From Candidatus Heimdallarchaeum aukensis (GTDB lineage Archaea > Asgardarchaeota > Heimdallarchaeia > Heimdallarchaeales > Heimdallarchaeaceae), in assembly GCA_021513695.1 (NCBI GenBank), contig CP084166.1, positions 672,001-736,000 on the forward strand: a stretch of DNA of 64,000 nucleotides. The letters are read 5' to 3'. The position numbers and the translations under genes are program-made. The notes beneath the pieces are model-generated. The model ran no database searches. It was not told where the DNA came from and was given only the letters and a program-made list of their open reading frames with translations. This document shows, in pieces, positions 29,532-40,182 of this stretch (position 1 is its first letter; each line of letters starts with the position of its first letter).

Positions 29532-29783
29532 AATAACAATAATCTTTTTTACTTTTTTACAGTTCGATTTCTCAGGAAAAAACTCCTTTGGAATAATCTA
29601 TGCTTTTAATGCGAATTTACAATAACTATTCTAAATAAAGATTTTTTGTAAATTAATTATTCTGCTATAAATAAAAATCTATTCACACTTACGAACATTG
29701 ACATATTTATTTTTTAACATAATTTTTTAACAAGTAATATCTTTTCTTGGATTTTGCTATTTTAAAATATAAGAATGAAAAAA

Positions 29784-31217
29784 TTATTTTTTATTATTAG
29801 GGCACTTTGGTACTTCAATTTCAAAGGTAACGTTTCCTTCTTCATTTGAAACTAATGTAATTTTTCCGCCTAGTAACGAAATAAGTTTATTAGAGATAAA
29901 TAACCCCATACTTGTTCGATCTCCTTTTTGTATAGTTTCTACAAATAACGAATTTACAATTTCTTCTTTTATTTTTAATCCGTTATTAGAAATCCTGATA
30001 ATACATGTTTTATTTCTTGAAAGAATTTTCAATCTAACTAAAGTTGCAGAACCATGAGTAACTCCATTTAGAATAATGTTGTAAATAACTGAAATAAGTG
30101 TTTTATTTGCTCTTGCTTTACAATCTCCTTCTTTAACTATTTTTACATTAAATTTCTTTATAATATCATCTAATTCTTTTCCAATATCTAAAACATAAAC
30201 AATATCTGTTAATTCTTCGGTAAGTATAGAGCTAATGTTTTCCATTTCAACTAGAGCCAATTCTAAATTCTCCATCCCTTTCTGAAAATAGGGGTCTATT
30301 TTTTCTTCATTATATATTTCAAAGAATCCAATTGCCGCACTTAATCTATTCCTTAAGTCATGCTTGATTAAACTGTAGATTATTTTATGAGTTCTATTCA
30401 TTAATTTTATTTTCTCATTTTTTTCGATTAACTCTTTGAATATTAAATTGTAAGGGTTTTGAATTCCTTCTTTAACAAAGACAACAAATAGAAAACCCAT
30501 AGAGACAAACAACGAAAGATGCCCGAAAACATTAGATATTCCATAAACACTGACATAAAAAGTGAAAAAGATTTCTCCTATTGTATTAAAAATTAGTGAA
30601 AAAATTATAAGCCTACGAATTTTAGGGGTAAAAAGTCTAAATTTATAAATTAAAAAACATGTAACAATAAACAGGAACGAAATAATGTACTCGCTTATAA
30701 TTTTAAATAATGTTAATCCTTCACCTTCAATATAACAAGTTGGAAAAATCCTTGCAAATATTAAAAAAATCATAGTTCCTGTTACTATCGAATACCCGAT
30801 CATAATGTGCAAAAGTTTTATTTTCTTTTTAGTAAAAGCAAAAATCATAACAAAAGTCAAGGCATCTAGATATCTTGCTAGAATCCACAAAGAAGTTGGT
30901 AAATTAGCATCATATCCATAAATGATGTTCATTCCTTTATAGCTAACTACATGTAGAAACTCAACCAATGCAACAAATATTTTAGAAATACCAAGAATAA
31001 GTAAAAAGTCTGTACTAAGAAACTTTCTACCATACCAGCTAATAATAGATATAAAGATTATACTTATTATTATAGAAATTTCAACGAAAATATGAAAAAG
31101 GAGAAAATTAAAATTGCTCAAAAAAAACAATCCGGTGATAACAGAAACTGATGCGGTAAAAATAAGTAGATATTTAACATAATCTTTCTTATATAAATTT
31201 AATATAGATTGCAACAT
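29784..31217 (-). CDS. membrane sensor histidine kinase
   Basis: About 7 N-terminal TM helices, H-box HDLRNRLSAAIGF, and C-terminal HATPase-like region (GHGSAT...GLFISNKLISLLGG). Confidence 0.75.
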   Translation of the reverse strand: MLQSILNLYKKDYVKYLLIFTASVSVITGLFFLSNFNFLLFHIFVEISIIISIIFISIISWYGRKFLSTDFLLILGISKIFVALVEFLHVVSYKGMNIIYGYDANLPTSLWILARYLDALTFVMIFAFTKKKIKLLHIMIGYSIVTGTMIFLIFARIFPTCYIEGEGLTLFKIISEYIISFLFIVTCFLIYKFRLFTPKIRRLIIFSLIFNTIGEIFFTFYVSVYGISNVFGHLSLFVSMGFLFVVFVKEGIQNPYNLIFKELIEKNEKIKLMNRTHKIIYSLIKHDLRNRLSAAIGFFEIYNEEKIDPYFQKGMENLELALVEMENISSILTEELTDIVYVLDIGKELDDIIKKFNVKIVKEGDCKARANKTLISVIYNIILNGVTHGSATLVRLKILSRNKTCIIRISNNGLKIKEEIVNSLFVETIQKGDRTSMGLFISNKLISLLGGKITLVSNEEGNVTFEIEVPKCPNNKK

Positions 31218-31472
31218 AGGAATTTTGACAGAAGAATTAAAAATTTTTCTGTAAACAAATCCTTTTTAAAATGAAAATTGATTTTAAGAAAAATCTCTTA
31301 TACTTACTTTGACACCTATTTTTCAATAAGATACCCCCTTTTTTCTAATAATCTAGCTTATTAGATAGGAGACATTATTAGAAAACAACTATTTAGGTCT
31401 CTTCAAACTATGAGTTTACTTGTAATCAGTAAAAAAAATAGTTCAAAGAAAGAAATGATAATTTGAGAGTAT

Positions 31473-32963
31473 TTATTCTGAAATTTGTCTGTGATTCATT
31501 TTCCCATTTTTGTCATCCCATAGTGGAATAAGCAACGAAACTATTAATCCTGTAGGCTTATTATCTGATAAATTCAGTTTTCCTCCTAAAGATTCTATTG
31601 TTCTTTTTGCTAAAGATAATCCTACTCCACCTGAATTTGTTGTAGGAAGATCAGCCTGCAATATTTTTTCTTTTTCTTCATCAGTCATTCCTTTTCCATT
31701 ATCTTTTATTTGGATTTCAGCATAACTGTCTTTTATAAAGCATTCAATTTTGACATTAGTTGTTTTTTCACCGTGAATAAACGCATTCGAAATTATATTG
31801 TAAAGAATTAAATTTAATAACTTATTTCCTCTCACAAAAACATTCTTTTTTGGTAATTTAACTGAAACGTTTTGGAAAAGATAAGAAATATTAGAAGCAA
31901 ATGAGAGAGGGATTTTCTGTATCTCTAGATTCGACAGTATATCCTTTGTTGATATTTGTTTATTTATTCTACTTTCAACTTCCTTTATTCTGTTATCCAA
32001 TAAATCTAAAAATTGTTTATCACCAGTTTCTCTGTACAATTCAAGTGAAGAACTTAATACCACAAGATCATTATTTAAATCATGTCTAAAGAATTTATTT
32101 AGTATAACTAAAAAGTGAACAAGTTCTTCCATTTCTTTATACAATACACTGAGTTCTTCTTTTTCTCTTTCAATTTCAGTAAGGGTTTTTGCTTCTGTTC
32201 TCGGAGAAATAACAGAAAAAATGATAATGGTGATGAAAATGTAAATAAAGAAAATACTACTGAATTTTGATGTCTTAACAATGCTGAAATATTCAAGGAT
32301 AGAAAACAAGTCAGACAAGTATAAGAATGTTGCAGATATCATTCCCGTTGCAAAAATCTTAAACTTCTTTTGCTGATAATAAACAATAAAAAGCAATATC
32401 ATAAGAGATAAGACAGTAACATCTAAAGTAATTTTTACAATCAAATAATTGAAATAAAAAACGTTATATTCAGATTGTAGAAAAAATAGAATCATTTGAT
32501 TGAGACCAAATACTGAAAAAACAAGCAAAACAAAAAGAATTACCCCCATCAATAAAGAATAGTGGGTAAAAAAATTTCTATCCTTGTAAATACGCATTAA
32601 AATGAGAAGAAAAAGGGGAAAATAGCCAGAGAGCATTATAGAAAAGAAGATTATTTCGACATTTTCGATAAAAGGTGAAGCAATTATGTAAAAAAGAATA
32701 GAGATTGCAACGATAATTAAAATTGCCAATAAAGTGTAATACATGTTTCTGATCTCGTGTGAAAATTGATTTCTAATGACAAACACGGAAAGAACTATCA
32801 AAAAACAGAACGAAATTACGATAATATTAAAGAATAATTTAAAAGTTTCTTCATTTTTAATAAAGAGTAAAAACAATGGAAAAATTGCTAAAAATAAGAT
32901 TATTATATATTTTAGTTTATTAAAGTTAACTTGATTTACAAATAATTTTCCTCTTAAATTCAT
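31473..32963 (-). CDS. membrane sensor histidine kinase
   Basis: Multi-TM N-terminus, H-box FRHDLNNDLVVL, N/G boxes (NAFIHGEK, DNGKGM, GGVGLSLAKRTIESLGG). Confidence 0.75.
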   Translation of the reverse strand: MNLRGKLFVNQVNFNKLKYIIILFLAIFPLFLLFIKNEETFKLFFNIIVISFCFLIVLSVFVIRNQFSHEIRNMYYTLLAILIIVAISILFYIIASPFIENVEIIFFSIMLSGYFPLFLLILMRIYKDRNFFTHYSLLMGVILFVLLVFSVFGLNQMILFFLQSEYNVFYFNYLIVKITLDVTVLSLMILLFIVYYQQKKFKIFATGMISATFLYLSDLFSILEYFSIVKTSKFSSIFFIYIFITIIIFSVISPRTEAKTLTEIEREKEELSVLYKEMEELVHFLVILNKFFRHDLNNDLVVLSSSLELYRETGDKQFLDLLDNRIKEVESRINKQISTKDILSNLEIQKIPLSFASNISYLFQNVSVKLPKKNVFVRGNKLLNLILYNIISNAFIHGEKTTNVKIECFIKDSYAEIQIKDNGKGMTDEEKEKILQADLPTTNSGGVGLSLAKRTIESLGGKLNLSDNKPTGLIVSLLIPLWDDKNGKMNHRQISE

Positions 32964-33027
32964 AGTAATCCAACAAGTTTTTTTATAAAAAAAAAGAAAG
33001 AAAGGATAAAAGTATTACTCTTCTACT

Positions 33028-33324
33028 CTACTTTGCATGTTCATTTAATGCACTTTGGATCATGTAAACTCCAATTGGGTTGAAGATTACAAGAGCTAAA
33101 AATAGAGCAAATGCACTTTTTCCTGTTGCTTTTCCATATCCAACAATGTATTTAATCATCCAATATATGTTTAGAATAGGAATGAATACAAAGATGTAGG
33201 ATGGGATATCAGCTCCTAGTTCATTTAACTCGTTTTTAGTCCAATAATACCAAAATAGTGCATAAATTCCAAAAGTTATCATCATCAGGATAATAACTAC
33301 TATGGGGTTTCTTTCTTTAATCAT
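33028..33324 (-). CDS. small membrane protein
   Basis: 98 aa, 3 predicted TM helices. Confidence 0.35.
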   Translation of the reverse strand: MIKERNPIVVIILMMITFGIYALFWYYWTKNELNELGADIPSYIFVFIPILNIYWMIKYIVGYGKATGKSAFALFLALVIFNPIGVYMIQSALNEHAK

Positions 33325-33441
33325 AGTAACTTTTTATTTATAACGCTTTCTTATAAATATTTTCTATAAGAAAATATAAATAACTCATTAATTTTTCAGG
33401 TCTAATTACTTGAAAAGTTAGTTTTCTTAAGAAAAGTATGA

Positions 33442-35235
33442 TTATATCTCACCCTTCCAAATTCTTTGCATTTCTTCAGATTTAGCAAGTAATTCATCTA
33501 ATTTTCCTATTTGTTCTATTTTACCATCTTTAAGTAATATTATTTTATCTGCTTTTTTTAACACCATTTTTCTATGTGAAACAGCAAAACAAGTCATTTC
33601 TTTGTTCCTAAAAATTCTTTTCCATAATTCTTGTTCAGTTTTTACATCAAGTGCACTTGACAAATCATCAAAAATATACAAATCAGATTTTCTTGCAAAC
33701 ATTCTTGCTGTGGCTAATCTTTGTTTTTGTCCTCCTGAAAGCATCACTCCTTTTGGTCCAATCAGAGTTTTGCTTTTTTTCTCAAACTTTTCTATTTCTT
33801 CTTCTAATACTGCTAATTTGAGTGCTTTTTCTATGTCGATGTTATTTTCTTCTAATCCTAAGAGTATATTCTCTTTTATAGTATCACTAAACAAGTGCGG
33901 AACTTGAGGAGTATAAGCTGTTCTAGGAGGAATAAAAAATAAAGAACAATCTTCTACTTTTTTGTTATTCCAACTTATTTCTCCTGATTGTTTATCGTAC
34001 AATCCTAAAAGTGTCCTTAATAAGGTTGTTTTACCAGAACCCACACGGCCTGTTAAAACTGTAAAAGTTCCTCGTTCTATTTCAAAAGATACATCTTCTA
34101 TCCCTTTATTAGAGTTAGGAAAGATATACGTTAAATTCCTAACAACTAGTTTTTGTAAAGGTTCGTAATCTTCATTTAAATCAGATTTTTGGTCAGTATA
34201 AGGCTTATTAATGTACACAGGACCATAAATAACAAGTTTTTCTTCTAGTTTCTGATAACTCTCTCTTTTTCTTCCTCGTACCAATTTGAATATTCTTGAA
34301 TAAGACACTTTTGTTCTTAAATAACGAGGAATAAAGTCTCCAATGTCCCAAATAAAATTGGCAAGAGAATTTAAGATCCCAACAAACAAAGCCAAATCTC
34401 CAATAGTAAATGTATTATTGGTTAAACTATTTCCAACGATGTAAAGAACTATCCCGATTCCTACAGAAACAGTGATTCGGTATATTGAGTTTAATATAGC
34501 AACAAATAATTCATCTTTGATTTCTGCTTTTCTCCTCTTTTCATTTATAGTGTTAAAATATCTCAAAACTCTTTCTTCAGAATTAGTAATTTTTATTGCT
34601 TGGATAGAATGATAAATCTCTCCTATTGCTCTCGTTACTGCTCCTGCTGCTTTTCTTCTTGTCTTTCTTAACTCAATAATCTTCTTCTTCGAAAAAAGCA
34701 CTAAAAAGATCATTACAGTAAAAGGAATAGATAGATAAGCTGTGACTTGCCAATTTATTTTCTGCATTACAAAAAAAGAGAATCCTGCAAACACTGCAAT
34801 AGAAAATTTCTGTGTAATTTCATATGTAAACCAAATCGCTTCTTCCACATCACCTCTAAATCGTGAAACAGACTCTCCTGCTGTATCTGTCAGAGCTTCT
34901 GCTCCAGGCAAGCTAAATATTTGAATAAGCATATTTTTTCTTAACAATATTTGTGCTTGTTTAACATAAGGCATCATTGTAACAAAAAATATAGCATCAG
35001 CTAGAAAATTAAATGCTCGTGCTAAAGGAATCAAGAATAGAATTAACACCCAAATACTAATATTAAAACTCGAGATATTCTCTATTTTATTAAATATTTC
35101 ACGTATAACTAAACTTACCATTAAAGGAGTTAAGAAGAACAAAATGTCAGATAAGAAACCTAAAAACACTAATACTGGCTTAAATTTAAGCAATTTCCAG
35201 CTTAGTTTCAAAACTCTGATTTTTTCTTCTTTCAT
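33442..35235 (-). CDS. ABC exporter, fused permease-ATPase (MdlB/type I exporter half-transporter)
   Basis: Six TM helices then NBD with GRVGSGKTT, LSGGQKQRLATAR and Walker B. Overlaps its partner by 4 nt. Confidence 0.85.
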   Translation of the reverse strand: MKEEKIRVLKLSWKLLKFKPVLVFLGFLSDILFFLTPLMVSLVIREIFNKIENISSFNISIWVLILFLIPLARAFNFLADAIFFVTMMPYVKQAQILLRKNMLIQIFSLPGAEALTDTAGESVSRFRGDVEEAIWFTYEITQKFSIAVFAGFSFFVMQKINWQVTAYLSIPFTVMIFLVLFSKKKIIELRKTRRKAAGAVTRAIGEIYHSIQAIKITNSEERVLRYFNTINEKRRKAEIKDELFVAILNSIYRITVSVGIGIVLYIVGNSLTNNTFTIGDLALFVGILNSLANFIWDIGDFIPRYLRTKVSYSRIFKLVRGRKRESYQKLEEKLVIYGPVYINKPYTDQKSDLNEDYEPLQKLVVRNLTYIFPNSNKGIEDVSFEIERGTFTVLTGRVGSGKTTLLRTLLGLYDKQSGEISWNNKKVEDCSLFFIPPRTAYTPQVPHLFSDTIKENILLGLEENNIDIEKALKLAVLEEEIEKFEKKSKTLIGPKGVMLSGGQKQRLATARMFARKSDLYIFDDLSSALDVKTEQELWKRIFRNKEMTCFAVSHRKMVLKKADKIILLKDGKIEQIGKLDELLAKSEEMQRIWKGEI

Positions 35236-37013
35236 CTCAGTACCTCTTCAATTTTTCCAGTTTTTAGTAATTGATAAAAGTAAGAATTCTTATCGTTTAC
35301 AAGCTTCTTTCTTTCTCCATATTCAATCACTTTTCCTTTATCAAGTACTAAAATTTCATCTACATGATTTAGAGTCTCTAATCTATGGGCAATAATTATT
35401 GCAGTTCTATTAACTAACAATTTATCAATTGCAGTTTTGACCAAATTCTCTGTTACAGGATCAAGGCGAGAAGAAGCTTCGTCAAGAATAACTAAATTTG
35501 GTCTTTTCAAAAAAACACGAGTTAATGTCAAAAGTTGAGCTTCTCCCGCAGATAATCCTTGTTCATCAGAACTTATTATTGTGTCTAAACCATCGGGTAA
35601 TCGTTCGAACCATTCTTTTAGACCTAAATCAAACATAATGTGTATAATTTTTTCATCAGAAATCCTGTCATCAAAAAATGTTATATTATCTCTTAATGAA
35701 GCTTGAAATAATTCAATATCCTGAGTAACATAAGCGATATTACTTCTAAGGTTTTTAATATCATATTCTTTGATATCTTCCCCATTAATTTTTATTCTCC
35801 CATTTCCTTCATTAATATCATAGAGTCTGAAAATTAATCTTGAAATCGTAGTTTTACCAGAACCAGTATGACCTACCAGACCCAATTTTTTTCCTTTATT
35901 TAGTTTAAATGAAACACCCTTTAGGACAGGTTCAGTATCAATATAAGAAAAGTTTACATTTTCAAACTCTAATTCTATAGCTCCAGGAGCTACTTTCTTG
36001 GTTCCACTTGCTTTAATTTCAGACTTAATATGGAATAAGGAAGTTATTCTCCTAATTGAAGCAGCTGCTTTTTGAAACTGTTGAACTTGCCTAATAATAC
36101 GATAAATTGGAAGAATTAATATTCCAACAATCATCTGAACAAAAAAAATTGTTCCTAAAGTTATTTTTCCATTTTCAAAAAGCAGAAATGAAGGAGAAAA
36201 AACTAAGATATCAGCTAAAGAAAGTAAAATCCAACTTCCAAATATTATGTACAATTCTTTAATTAGTGCGTTCATAAATGTTTTATAATTGTATCTCGAT
36301 TTATCAAAGAATTTATTTAACGCGAAATCTATTGCATCATTGGTTTTTATATCTTCAATTGCATTCAAGTTTTCTTCAATAACACCAAAAAGTTCAGAAC
36401 TTGATTGCCTTTCTTTTTCCCAATTTTTGACAGAAATATCTCTAAGGAAATAAATTAGGATAAATGCAAAGATTGTAAAACCGAAAAACACCAACCCAAT
36501 AATCCAATTTTTAATAAACAAAACTGTTATGATTCCAATAATTAACAGAAATGAGGTCAGCAATTGAACTGAAAATTGTGAGAAAAATTGTGCTAAAGTA
36601 TTTATATCTCCGTCTATTCTTTCTATCATCTCTCCAGCTTTAAACTTATTATGAAAAGACATGTCTAAGTTAATAGTATGAGATGTAAGATCATATCTGA
36701 GTTTATTTGTTGTTGACCAAGCTAGATCTTGACCTATGTAAACTGTTCCTAAATACATGGTAAATTGTAACAGAGAGAGAATAATGTATAAAAAAGCATA
36801 GAAGTTTAGTGTTTTTTTAACACTTGAAAATAGTATTCTACCAATATTTTCTGTTGCTAAATCGATATACCACTGAATTAGAAAAGGAGAAAAAACTTGG
36901 ATAAGTGTCATTGAAAATAGTAGTAAACCCAATAATATAACTTTGATAAAATGAGGTTGCAAATATTTCTTTTGCAAATTCCAATAATCTGACACTTGAA
37001 TTTGAGATTGCAT
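35232..37013 (-). CDS. ABC exporter, fused permease-ATPase (partner half-transporter)
   Basis: TMD plus NBD with GHTGSGKTT, LSAGEAQLLTLTR, ILDEASSRLD. Confidence 0.85.
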   Translation of the reverse strand: MQSQIQVSDYWNLQKKYLQPHFIKVILLGLLLFSMTLIQVFSPFLIQWYIDLATENIGRILFSSVKKTLNFYAFLYIILSLLQFTMYLGTVYIGQDLAWSTTNKLRYDLTSHTINLDMSFHNKFKAGEMIERIDGDINTLAQFFSQFSVQLLTSFLLIIGIITVLFIKNWIIGLVFFGFTIFAFILIYFLRDISVKNWEKERQSSSELFGVIEENLNAIEDIKTNDAIDFALNKFFDKSRYNYKTFMNALIKELYIIFGSWILLSLADILVFSPSFLLFENGKITLGTIFFVQMIVGILILPIYRIIRQVQQFQKAAASIRRITSLFHIKSEIKASGTKKVAPGAIELEFENVNFSYIDTEPVLKGVSFKLNKGKKLGLVGHTGSGKTTISRLIFRLYDINEGNGRIKINGEDIKEYDIKNLRSNIAYVTQDIELFQASLRDNITFFDDRISDEKIIHIMFDLGLKEWFERLPDGLDTIISSDEQGLSAGEAQLLTLTRVFLKRPNLVILDEASSRLDPVTENLVKTAIDKLLVNRTAIIIAHRLETLNHVDEILVLDKGKVIEYGERKKLVNDKNSYFYQLLKTGKIEEVLR

Positions 37014-37067
37014 AAAGTTGTCCTTTCCTAAAGATGCCTAAGATATCTATCTTAAAGCTTGTAACAG

Positions 37068-37976
37068 CTATATTTCGATATCGATGAAATTAGAAATTAG
37101 TCCTATAGATTCTGGACCTAAATGCGAAAGAACTGAACCATAAGATCTTGCTACTTCAATTTTAATAGAACTATCCCATTCTTTTATATAATCAACTAAT
37201 TTTTCTGCGTAATCAGGTCTTGTTCCATAAACAATTGACACTTCTTTGGGTCTATTTTGCAAATTGTTTGTACTCAAATTTAGAAGTTCTCTTAATCCTT
37301 CGTCAACTTCTTTTACTGCTTTTACAGGTTCCAGTTCTCCTTCTTCATTCATTGTTATGATAGGCTTTCTCCTCAACATATTTCCAATCAAAAATTTTGT
37401 AGTAGATAAACGTCCTCCTTTCCATAAATATTTTAAAGTAGGAAGAAGAATATGTGTTTTAATATTTAGAGCTTGTTGTCTTAAAATTGATGCTATTTCT
37501 TCACCTGTCTTTTTGGTTTTTTCTATTAATTTCAAAGCCAACCTAATTAGATGTACTTCAGGAAAAGAAGCGGATTTACTATCAATAATGTGAATATTTA
37601 CATCTTTATATTTCCTAGCAATATTTCTAGCAGCTAATCGAGCACTATTTATTGTCCCACTTAATCCTTTGGTAACATGAATAGACAGAATATCTTTTAC
37701 ACCTTCTTCAATTAGAGACTCATAAGCTTGAAAAAATTCTCCAGGAGAAGGTTGAGAAGTTTTCGGAATGAAAGAAAATAATTTTAGTTTAGGTATGTGG
37801 AAATAAGCTTTTTCTTCTTCAAACAGTCTATAGTAAGCATCATAATCAAAATTCTCATCCTCTTTGTATTCTTTATCGTGAATTATTATAGTTAGAGGAA
37901 CAACTTTAATTCCTTTTTCTTTTGCGAAACTCCAGGGAATATCTGATGTTGAATCAGTAACGATTCCAAAAGACAT
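37068..37976 (-). CDS. DegV family fatty-acid-binding protein
   Basis: N-terminal GIVTDSTSDIP...VVPL pattern and length of about 300 aa, typical of DegV/EDD-fold proteins. Confidence 0.65.
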   Translation of the reverse strand: MSFGIVTDSTSDIPWSFAKEKGIKVVPLTIIIHDKEYKEDENFDYDAYYRLFEEEKAYFHIPKLKLFSFIPKTSQPSPGEFFQAYESLIEEGVKDILSIHVTKGLSGTINSARLAARNIARKYKDVNIHIIDSKSASFPEVHLIRLALKLIEKTKKTGEEIASILRQQALNIKTHILLPTLKYLWKGGRLSTTKFLIGNMLRRKPIITMNEEGELEPVKAVKEVDEGLRELLNLSTNNLQNRPKEVSIVYGTRPDYAEKLVDYIKEWDSSIKIEVARSYGSVLSHLGPESIGLISNFIDIEI

Positions 37977-38103
37977 AATTATATTTTATATTTAAATCTT
38001 AAAAAATTATTTATGTTGGATACCAAAAATCAAATCTAAATAAATGAAAGAAATCTATTCTGGTGGACAGAATAAAATTGATTTTATGAACTCAACAACT
38101 ATT

Positions 38104-39336
38104 TTACTGAAGAATTATTAGAGTCGAAAAAAGGACCAGAAAACTTGTAGAGATAAGATCTGCCATTGTGCTTAAAACAGGAATAACTATGTTATCAGGA
38201 TTAAAACCATATTTATATGTTAAAACAGCTGTCACAAAGGCTAATGAACTTATAATTAAGTAAGAAATCAAGTTTGTTAAAATTAAAACCAATAAAAGCG
38301 AAAAATAAAGATTTAGAGTTATGTCAAAAGGATAAATTGCAACTGCAAGAAGACTGTAAATTATAGACATCAGGAAACCTACAGTACCAAAAGCACTGAA
38401 AGGAAGAATAAGCTCTTTTGATCCAATAAAACTTATTTTTGGTTCTAGTGAACCTAGATGTAATTTTGTTGTTGTTGTATTAGCAATAATTGAATTTTGT
38501 GCTCCGACTGTACTAAGAACAGAAGGAAGAACAACTAAAACAATAGGGACTGCTTGCAATAAACTTTCAAATGAAACGAGAATACTTCCAGTTCCTGCAG
38601 CAATAATAGTAGTAACTAGAAGAGGAGGTAAACTTTGTTTTAATCCAAGCATTATGAAATCATTTTTTAAGCAATATACTTGCAAGAAAACAATAAAAGA
38701 TAATACTAAAATCACAAATGGGATACCAACAAATAGAGACAATTTTGTTTTCCATGGTCTATAAAAGATACATATTAGAAAGAATACAATTGTAATTATA
38801 ATATCATTGGCTGTGCTCATTATTGGATAGGTATAAACATCTGGATCACCATTATGCTTGAAAACAAAAAATGAAAAGGCAACTGTTAATGATAAAGAAA
38901 TAACAGTTCCAATAAAGAAAGTTGTAATGACAATAACTAAAATTGATAAAAATTCTATAGGGATTCCTATAATTAAACAAATAATAGAGGATATTATAGT
39001 CACAAAAACTGAATCATAAAAAGATAACATCATAATCAAAGATAAAAGTTCGTAAAACCTTTTTGAATTATCCTTAAAAGAAGGTTTAATTGTACCTAAA
39101 TGGAGAGATGTTCCAAGGTTTCCTGTTAATATTCCGCTTATGTCCCCTCTCACTGTTAAAAGCAATGGAAATATCAGAAAGATCCAAGGTAAATAAGGTT
39201 GGATTTTGTTTAATAATACAGCTGTTCTACCTGCAAAAATCCCTCCGATATTAAAGACAATTGCCCCAAACGCAGAAATAGCTAAAGCACTAAATTCAGT
39301 AAATAGAGATTGTTGTCGTGAAAGGCGTCGAGGCAT
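38104..39336 (-). CDS. multi-pass membrane protein with internal duplication (possible MgtE-like cation transporter domain x2)
   Basis: Two approx 200-aa halves with similar motifs (GNLGTSLHLGTIKP / TKLHLGSLEPK). About 10 TM helices. Confidence 0.35.
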   Translation of the reverse strand: MPRRLSRQQSLFTEFSALAISAFGAIVFNIGGIFAGRTAVLLNKIQPYLPWIFLIFPLLLTVRGDISGILTGNLGTSLHLGTIKPSFKDNSKRFYELLSLIMMLSFYDSVFVTIISSIICLIIGIPIEFLSILVIVITTFFIGTVISLSLTVAFSFFVFKHNGDPDVYTYPIMSTANDIIITIVFFLICIFYRPWKTKLSLFVGIPFVILVLSFIVFLQVYCLKNDFIMLGLKQSLPPLLVTTIIAAGTGSILVSFESLLQAVPIVLVVLPSVLSTVGAQNSIIANTTTTKLHLGSLEPKISFIGSKELILPFSAFGTVGFLMSIIYSLLAVAIYPFDITLNLYFSLLLVLILTNLISYLIISSLAFVTAVLTYKYGFNPDNIVIPVLSTMADLISTSFLVLFSTLIILQ

Positions 39337-39405
39337 ATGTAGGTTTATATTATACGAAATATTAAAGTTGTTGTCAGCTTAAAAAAAAGAAAAAAAATAA
39401 ACAAA

Positions 39406-39990
39406 CTAATACTCTTCACATTTTAACTCAAAGTAATTGTATGAATGTTCACATGCTGGACATTTTTTAGGTGGCTCTGTACCTTCATGGATGTAACCAC
39501 ATTTTTCGCATACCCAGTAGTATTTCTTTTCCTTCTTAAAGACAGTTTTAGCTTTTACTTCTTTGAGGAGCTTTGTATAACGTTCTTCATGGTGAACTTC
39601 TGCTCTTCCAATAGCTCTTAGTTTGATAGCTATTTTTTGAAATCCTTCTTCTTCTGCAACTTTAGCAAATTCAGGATACATTATTGTGTTCTCGTAATGT
39701 TCGCCATCTATTGCAGCTTGTAAGTTTTCTTCTGTTGAACCAATAACAGTTGGAACAGCAGCATCAATTTCTAGTTCTTTTATGTCCATTTTTTCTTTCT
39801 CTAACAATTCGTTTAATAATTCAAACAAAACTTTGGAATGTTCTTTTTCGTTCATTGCAGTAATCTCAAATAATTGTGAAATTTGCATATAACCTTCTTT
39901 TCGAGCAATTTTAGCATAAAATGTATATCTATTTCTTGCTTGACTCTCCCCAACAAAAGCTTTAGCTAAATTTTTTATTGTTTCTTTCAT
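39406..39990 (-). CDS. rbr: rubrerythrin
   Basis: Ferritin-like diiron E..H motifs ([13 protein letters not shown]) plus a C-terminal rubredoxin-like CEKCG...CPAC. Confidence 0.85.
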   Translation of the reverse strand: MKETIKNLAKAFVGESQARNRYTFYAKIARKEGYMQISQLFEITAMNEKEHSKVLFELLNELLEKEKMDIKELEIDAAVPTVIGSTEENLQAAIDGEHYENTIMYPEFAKVAEEEGFQKIAIKLRAIGRAEVHHEERYTKLLKEVKAKTVFKKEKKYYWVCEKCGYIHEGTEPPKKCPACEHSYNYFELKCEEY

Positions 39991-40182
39991 AGTAATAAAA
40001 AATAAGGATTAATTTTTTTTAAATTTATTCATCTGTCTTCTTTTTAATTGTAAAATCATACTGATCAAAATTAATTGAACAACCTGTACAATTAGAACAA
40101 TCAAAGTTGCATCTTTTTGTTTTTCTTCTAAAATCATTGTATATTTTTTTCAAAAATAAAACAAATTTACTCATGCGATCAC